Below, piece after piece: positions 57,601 to 64,000 of a DNA stretch of 64,000 nt. The notes under the pieces are model-generated. The model saw nothing but the letters and a program-made list of their open reading frames with translations, was not told where the DNA came from and did not search any database. Source of the stretch: Eledone cirrhosa (lineage: Eukaryota); the NCBI GenBank assembly GCA_964016885.1, contig OZ024757.1, forward strand, positions 26,970,001-27,034,000. Direction: 5' to 3'. The number at the start of each line of letters is the position of its first letter. The first letter of the stretch is position 1. The translations under genes were made by a program, and so were the position numbers.

Positions 57601-60600
57601 ATATGGCTGGTTTGAATAGAAGGAAGTGAGAGAATTCTGGCCAGATATGGCTGGTTTGAATAGAAGGAAGTGAGGCAATTCTCGCCAGATATGGCTGGTT
57701 TGAATAGAAGGAAGTGAGAGAATTCTGGCCAGATATGGCTGGTTTGAATAGAAGGAAGTGAGAGAATTCTGGCCAGATATGGTTGGTTTGAATAGAAGGA
57801 AGTGAGAGAATTCTGGCCAGATATGGTTGGTTTGAATAGAAGGAAGTGAGAGAATTCTGGCCAGATATGGTTGGTTTGAATAGAAGGAAGTGAGAGAATT
57901 CTGGCCAGATATGGTTGGTTTGAATAGAAGGAAGTGAGAGAATTCTGGCCAGATATGGTTGGTTTGAATAGAAGGAAGTGAGAGAATTCTGGCCAGATAT
58001 GGTTGGTTTGAATAGAAGGAAGTGAGAGAATTCTGGCCAGATATGGCTGGTTTGAATAGAAGGAAGTGAGAGAATTCTGGCCAGATATGGTTGGTTTGAA
58101 TAGAAGGAAGTGAGAGAATTCTGGCCAGATATGGTTGGTTTGAATAGAAGGAAGTGAGAGAATTCTGGCCAGATATGGTTGGTTTGAATAGAAGGAAGTG
58201 AGAGAATTCTGGCCAGATATGGTTGGTTTGAATAGAAGGAAGTGAGAGAATTCTGGCCAGATATGGCTGGTTTGAATAGAAGGAAGTGAGAGAATTCTGG
58301 CCAGATATGGTTGGTTTGAATAGAAGGAAGTGAGAGAATTCTGGCCAGATATGGTTGGTTTGAATAGAAGGAAGTGAGAGAATTCTGGCCAGATATGGTT
58401 GGTTTGAATAGAAGGAAGTGAGAGAATTCTGGCCAGATATGGTTGGTTTGAATAGAAGGAAGTGAGAGAATTCTGGCCAGATATGGCTGGTTTGAATAGA
58501 AGGAAGTGAGAGAATTCTGGCCAGATATGGTTGGTTTGAATAGAAGGAAGTGAGAGAATTCTGGCCAGATATGGTTGGTTTGAATAGAAGGAAGTGAGAG
58601 AATTCTGGCCAGATATGGCTGGTTTGAATAGAAGGAAGTGAGAGAATTCTGGCCAGATATGGTTGGTTGGAATAGAAGGAAGTGAGAGAATTCTGGCCAG
58701 ATATGGTTGGTTTGAATAGAAGGAAGTGAGAGAATTCTGGCCAGATATGGTTGGTTTGAATAGAAGGAAGGGAGATAATTCTGGCCGGATATGGCTGGTT
58801 TGATTAGAAGGAAGTGAGGCAATTCTGGCCGGATATGGCTGGTTTGAATAGAAGGAAGTGAGAGAATTCTGGCCGGATATGGTTGGTTTGAATAGAAGGA
58901 AGTGAGAGAATTCTGGCCGGATATGGCTGGTTTGAATAGAAGGAAGTGAGAGAATTCTGGCCAGATATGGCTGGTTTGAATAGAAGGAAGTGAGAGAATT
59001 CTGGCCAGATATGGCTGGTTTGAATAGAAGGAAGTGAGAGAATTCTGGCCAGATATGGCTGGTTTGAATAGAAGGAAGTGAGAGAATTCTGGCCAGATAT
59101 GGCTGGTTTGAATAGAAGGAAGTGAGAGAATTCTGGCCAGATATGGCTGGTTTGAATAGAAGGAAGTGAGAGAATTCTGGCCGGATATGGCTGGTTTGAA
59201 TAGAAGGAAGTGAGAGAATTCTGGCCAGATATGGCTGGTTTGAATAGAAGGAAGTGAGAGAATTCTGGCCGGATATGGCTGGTTTGAATAGAAGGAAGTG
59301 AGAGAATTCTGGCCAGATATGGCTGGTTTGAATAGAAGGAAGTGAGAGAATTCTGGCCAGATATGGCTGGTTTGAATAGAAGGAAGTGAGAGAATTCTGG
59401 TCAGATATGGCTGGTTTGAATAGAAGGAAGTGAGAGAATTCTGGCCAGATATGGCTGGTTTGAATAGAAGGAAGTGAGGCAATTCTCGCCAGATATGGCT
59501 GGTTTGAATAGAAGGAAGTGAGAGAATTCTGGCCAGATATGGCTGGTTTGAATAGAAGGAAGTGAGAGAATTCTGGCCAGATATGGTTGGTTTGAATAGA
59601 AGGAAGTGAGAGAGTTCTGGCCAGATATGGTTGGTTTGAATAGAAGGAAGTGAGAGAATTCTGGCCAGATATGGTTGGTTTGAATAGAAGGAAGTGAGAG
59701 AATTCTGGCCAGATATGGTTGGTTTGAATAGAAGGAAGTGAGAGAATTCTGGCCAGATATGGTTGGTTTGAATAGAAGGAAGTGAGAGAATTCTGGCCAG
59801 ATATGGTTGGTTTGAATAGAAGGAAGTGAGAGAATTCTGGCCAGATATGGCTGGTTTGAATAGAAGGAAGTGAGAGAATTCTGGCCAGATATGGTTGGTT
59901 TGAATAGAAGGAAGTGAGAGAATTCTGGCCAGATATGGTTGGTTTGAATAGAAGGAAGTGAGAGAATTCTGGCCAGATATGGTTGGTTTGAATAGAAGGA
60001 AGTGAGAGAATTCTGGCCAGATATGGTTGGTTTGAATAGAAGGAAGTGAGAGAATTCTGGCCAGATATGGCTGGTTTGAATAGAAGGAAGTGAGAGAATT
60101 CTGGCCAGATATGGTTGGTTTGAATAGAAGGAAGTGAGAGAATTCTGGCCAGATATGGTTGGTTTGAATAGAAGGAAGTGAGAGAATTCTGGCCAGATAT
60201 GGTTGGTTTGAATAGAAGGAAGTGAGAGAATTCTGGCCAGATATGGTTGGTTTGAATAGAAGGAAGTGAGAGAATTCTGGCCAGATATGGCTGGTTTGAA
60301 TAGAAGGAAGTGAGAGAATTCTGGCCAGATATGGTTGGTTTGAATAGAAGGAAGTGAGAGAATTCTGGCCAGATATGGCTGGTTTGAATAGAAGGAAGTG
60401 AGAGAATTCTGGCCAGATATGGTTGGTTGGAATAGAAGGAAGTGAGAGAATTCTGGCCAGATATGGTTGGTTTGAATAGAAGGAAGTGAGAGAATTCTGG
60501 CCAGATATGGTTGGTTTGAATAGAAGGAAGGGAGATAATTCTGGCCGGATATGGCTGGTTTGATTAGAAGGAAGTGAGGCAATTCTGGCCGGATATGGCT

Positions 60601-63600
60601 GGTTTGAATAGAAGGAAGTGAGAGAATTCTGGCCGGATATGGTTGGTTTGAATAGAAGGAAGTGAGAGAATTCTGGCCGGATATGGTTGGTTTGAATAGA
60701 AAGAAGTGAGAGAATTCTGGTCAGATATGGCTGGTTTGAATAGAAAGAAGTGAGAGAATTCTGGCCGGATATGGCTGGTTTGAATAGAAGGAAGTGAGAG
60801 AATTCTGGCCAGATATGGCTGGTTTGAATAGAAGGAAGTGAGAGAATTCTGGTCAGATATGGCTGATTTGAATAGAAGGAAGTGAGAGAATTCTGGCCGG
60901 ATATGGTTGGTTTGAATAGAAAGAAGTGAGAGAATTCTGGCCAGATATGGCTGGTTTGAATAGAAGGAAGTGAGAGAATTCTGGCCGGATATGGTTGGTT
61001 TGAATAGAAGGAAGTGAGAGAATTCTGGCTGGATATGGTTGGTTTGAATAGAAGGAAGTGAGAGAATTCTGGCCAGATATGGCTGGTTTGAATAGAAGGA
61101 AGTGAGGCAATTCTCGCCAGATATGGCTGGTTTGAATAGAAGGAAGTGAGAGAATTCTGGCCAGATATGGCTGGTTTGAATAGAAGGAAGTGAGAGAATT
61201 CTGGCCAGATATGGCTGGTTTGAATAGAAGGAAGTGAGGCAATTCTCGCCAGATATGGCTGGTTTGAATAGAAGGAAGTGAGAGAATTCTGGCCAGATAT
61301 GGCTGGTTTGAATAGAAGGAAGTGAGAGAATTCTGGCCAGATATGGCTGGTTTGAATAGAAGGAAGTGAGGCAATTCTCGCCAGATATGGCTGGTTTGAA
61401 TAGAAGGAAGTGAGAGAATTCTGGCCAGATATGGCTGGTTTGAATAGAAGGAAGTGAGAGAATTCTGGCCAGATATGGTTGGTTTGAATAGAAGGAAGTG
61501 AGAGAATTCTGGCCAGATATGGTTGGTTTGAATAGAAGGAAGTGAGAGAATTCTGGCCAGATATGGTTGGTTTGAATAGAAGGAAGTGAGAGAATTCTGG
61601 CCAGATATGGTTGGTTTGAATAGAAGGAAGTGAGAGAATTCTGGCCAGATATGGTTGGTTTGAATAGAAGGAAGTGAGAGAATTCTGGCCAGATATGGTT
61701 GGTTTGAATAGAAGGAAGTGAGAGAATTCTGGCCAGATATGGCTGGTTTGAATAGAAGGAAGTGAGAGAATTCTGGCCAGATATGGTTGGTTTGAATAGA
61801 AGGAAGTGAGAGAATTCTGGCCAGATATGGTTGGTTTGAATAGAAGGAAGTGAGAGAATTCTGGCCAGATATGGTTGGTTTGAATAGAAGGAAGTGAGAG
61901 AATTCTGGCCAGATATGGTTGGTTTGAATAGAAGGAAGTGAGAGAATTCTGGCCAGATATGGCTGGTTTGAATAGAAGGAAGTGAGAGAATTCTGGCCAG
62001 ATATGGTTGGTTTGAATAGAAGGAAGTGAGAGAATTCTGGCCAGATATGGTTGGTTTGAATAGAAGGAAGTGAGAGAATTCTGGCCAGATATGGTTGGTT
62101 TGAATAGAAGGAAGTGAGAGAATTCTGGCCAGATATGGTTGGTTTGAATAGAAGGAAGTGAGAGAATTCTGGCCAGATATGGCTGGTTTGAATAGAAGGA
62201 AGTGAGAGAATTCTGGCCAGATATGGTTGGTTTGAATAGAAGGAAGTGAGAGAATTCTGGCCAGATATGGTTGGTTTGAATAGAAGGAAGTGAGAGAATT
62301 CTGGCCAGATATGGCTGGTTTGAATAGAAGGAAGTGAGAGAATTCTGGCCAGATATGGTTGGTTGGAATAGAAGGAAGTGAGAGAATTCTGGCCAGATAT
62401 GGTTGGTTTGAATAGAAGGAAGTGAGAGAATTCTGGCCAGATATGGTTGGTTTGAATAGAAGGAAGGGAGATAATTCTGGCCGGATATGGCTGGTTTGAT
62501 TAGAAGGAAGTGAGGCAATTCTGGCCGGATATGGCTGGTTTGAATAGAAGGAAGTGAGAGAATTCTGGCCGGATATGGTTGGTTTGAATAGAAGGAAGTG
62601 AGAGAATTCTGGCCGGATATGGCTGGTTTGAATAGAAGGAAGTGAGAGAATTCTGGCCAGATATGGCTGGTTTGAATAGAAGGAAGTGAGAGAATTCTGG
62701 CCAGATATGGCTGGTTTGAATAGAAGGAAGTGAGAGAATTCTGGCCAGATATGGCTGGTTTGAATAGAAGGAAGTGAGAGAATTCTGGCCAGATATGGCT
62801 GGTTTGAATAGAAGGAAGTGAGAGAATTCTGGCCAGATATGGCTGGTTTGAATAGAAGGAAGTGAGAGAATTCTGGCCGGATATGGCTGGTTTGAATAGA
62901 AGGAAGTGAGAGAATTCTGGCCAGATATGGCTGGTTTGAATAGAAGGAAGTGAGAGAATTCTGGCCGGATATGGCTGGTTTGAATAGAAGGAAGTGAGAG
63001 AATTCTGGCCAGATATGGCTGGTTTGAATAGAAGGAAGTGAGAGAATTCTGGCCAGATATGGCTGGTTTGAATAGAAGGAAGTGAGAGAATTCTGGTCAG
63101 ATATGGCTGGTTTGAATAGAAGGAAGTGAGAGAATTCTGGCCAGATATGGCTGATTTGAATACAAGGAAGTGAGAGAATTCTGGCCAGATATGGCTGGTT
63201 TGAATAGAAGGAAGTGAGAGAATTCTGGCCGGATATGGTTGGTTTGAATAGAAGGAAGTGAGAGAATTCTGGCCAGATATGGCTGGTTTGAATAGAAGGA
63301 AGTGAGAGAATTCTGGCCGGATATGGTTGGTTTGAATAGAAGGAAGTGAGAGAATTCTGGCCAGATATGGCTGGTTTTGAATAGAAGGAAGTGAGAGAAT
63401 TCTGGCCGGATATGGCTGGTTTGAATAGAAGGAAGTGAGAGAATTCTGGCCAGATATGGCTGGTTTGAATAGAAGGAAGTGAGAGAATTCTGGCCGGATA
63501 TGGTTGGTTTGAATAGAAGGAAGTGAGAGAATTCTGGCCGGATATGGTTGGTTTGAATAGAAGGAAGTGAGAGAATTCTGGCCAGATGTGGCTGGTTTGA

Positions 63601-64000
63601 ATAGAAGGAAGTGAGAGAATTCTGGCCGGATATGGTTGGTTTGAATAGAAGGAAGTGAGAGAATTCTGGCCGGATATGCTTGGTTTGAATAGATGGAAGT
63701 GAGAGAATTCTGGCCGGATATGGTTGGTTTGAATAGAAGGAAGTGAGAGAATTCTGGCCAGATGTGGCTGGTTTGAATAGAAGGAAGTGAGAGAATTCTG
63801 GCCAGATGTGGCTGGTTTGAATAGAAGGAAGTGAGAGAATTCTGGCCGGATATGGCTGGTTTGAATAGAAGGAAGTGAGGCAATTCTCGCCAGATATGGC
63901 TGGTTTGAATAGAAGGAAGTGAGAGAATTCTGGCCAGATGTGGCTGGTTTGAATAGAAGGAAGTGAGAGAATTCAGGCCAGATATGGCTGGTTTGAATAG
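54617..64000. repeat. 44-bp satellite array, ~213 units, open at window edge
   Basis: Unit GGTTTGAATAGAAGGAAGTGAGAGAATTCTGGCCAGATATGG(C/T)T; 15 units per 660 bp. Confidence 0.97.

Noticed and set aside
54617-64000. CRISPR-like array or 2872-aa repeat protein gene
   Set aside because: Units are contiguous with no unique spacers, there are no cas genes, the context is eukaryotic, and the unit traces to a MITE.

Overview
Repeat-saturated, AT-rich eukaryotic DNA. Long (TA)n/(CA)n arrays plus the SINE/LINE repertoire suggest a coleoid cephalopod (Octopus-like); this assignment is inferred. Almost all supplied ORFs are microsatellite or minisatellite artefacts. One real protein-coding gene can be assembled by hand on the + strand from 8 phase-compatible GT-AG exons (37384-54155, running off the right edge). 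Its C-terminal part matches the conserved domain of NSMF/NELF/Jacob. The rest comprises tRNA-derived SINEs (Meta/MESC-like and CORE-like with RTE tails), CR1 and RTE LINE 3' fragments, piggyBac-, hAT- and mariner-type MITEs and many minisatellites. There is also a >9.3 kb 44-bp satellite with a 3696-bp higher-order period, expanded from inside a piggyBac-type MITE. The most unusual hidden signal is a set of short (100-330 bp) unique islands embedded in (TA)n arrays. They come from several unrelated families, carry hammerhead-ribozyme cores (including U3-A8 covariant and long-stem-II forms), and often have copy-specific perfect fold-back arms. This fits Penelope-like or retrozyme-like elements that target TA microsatellites.
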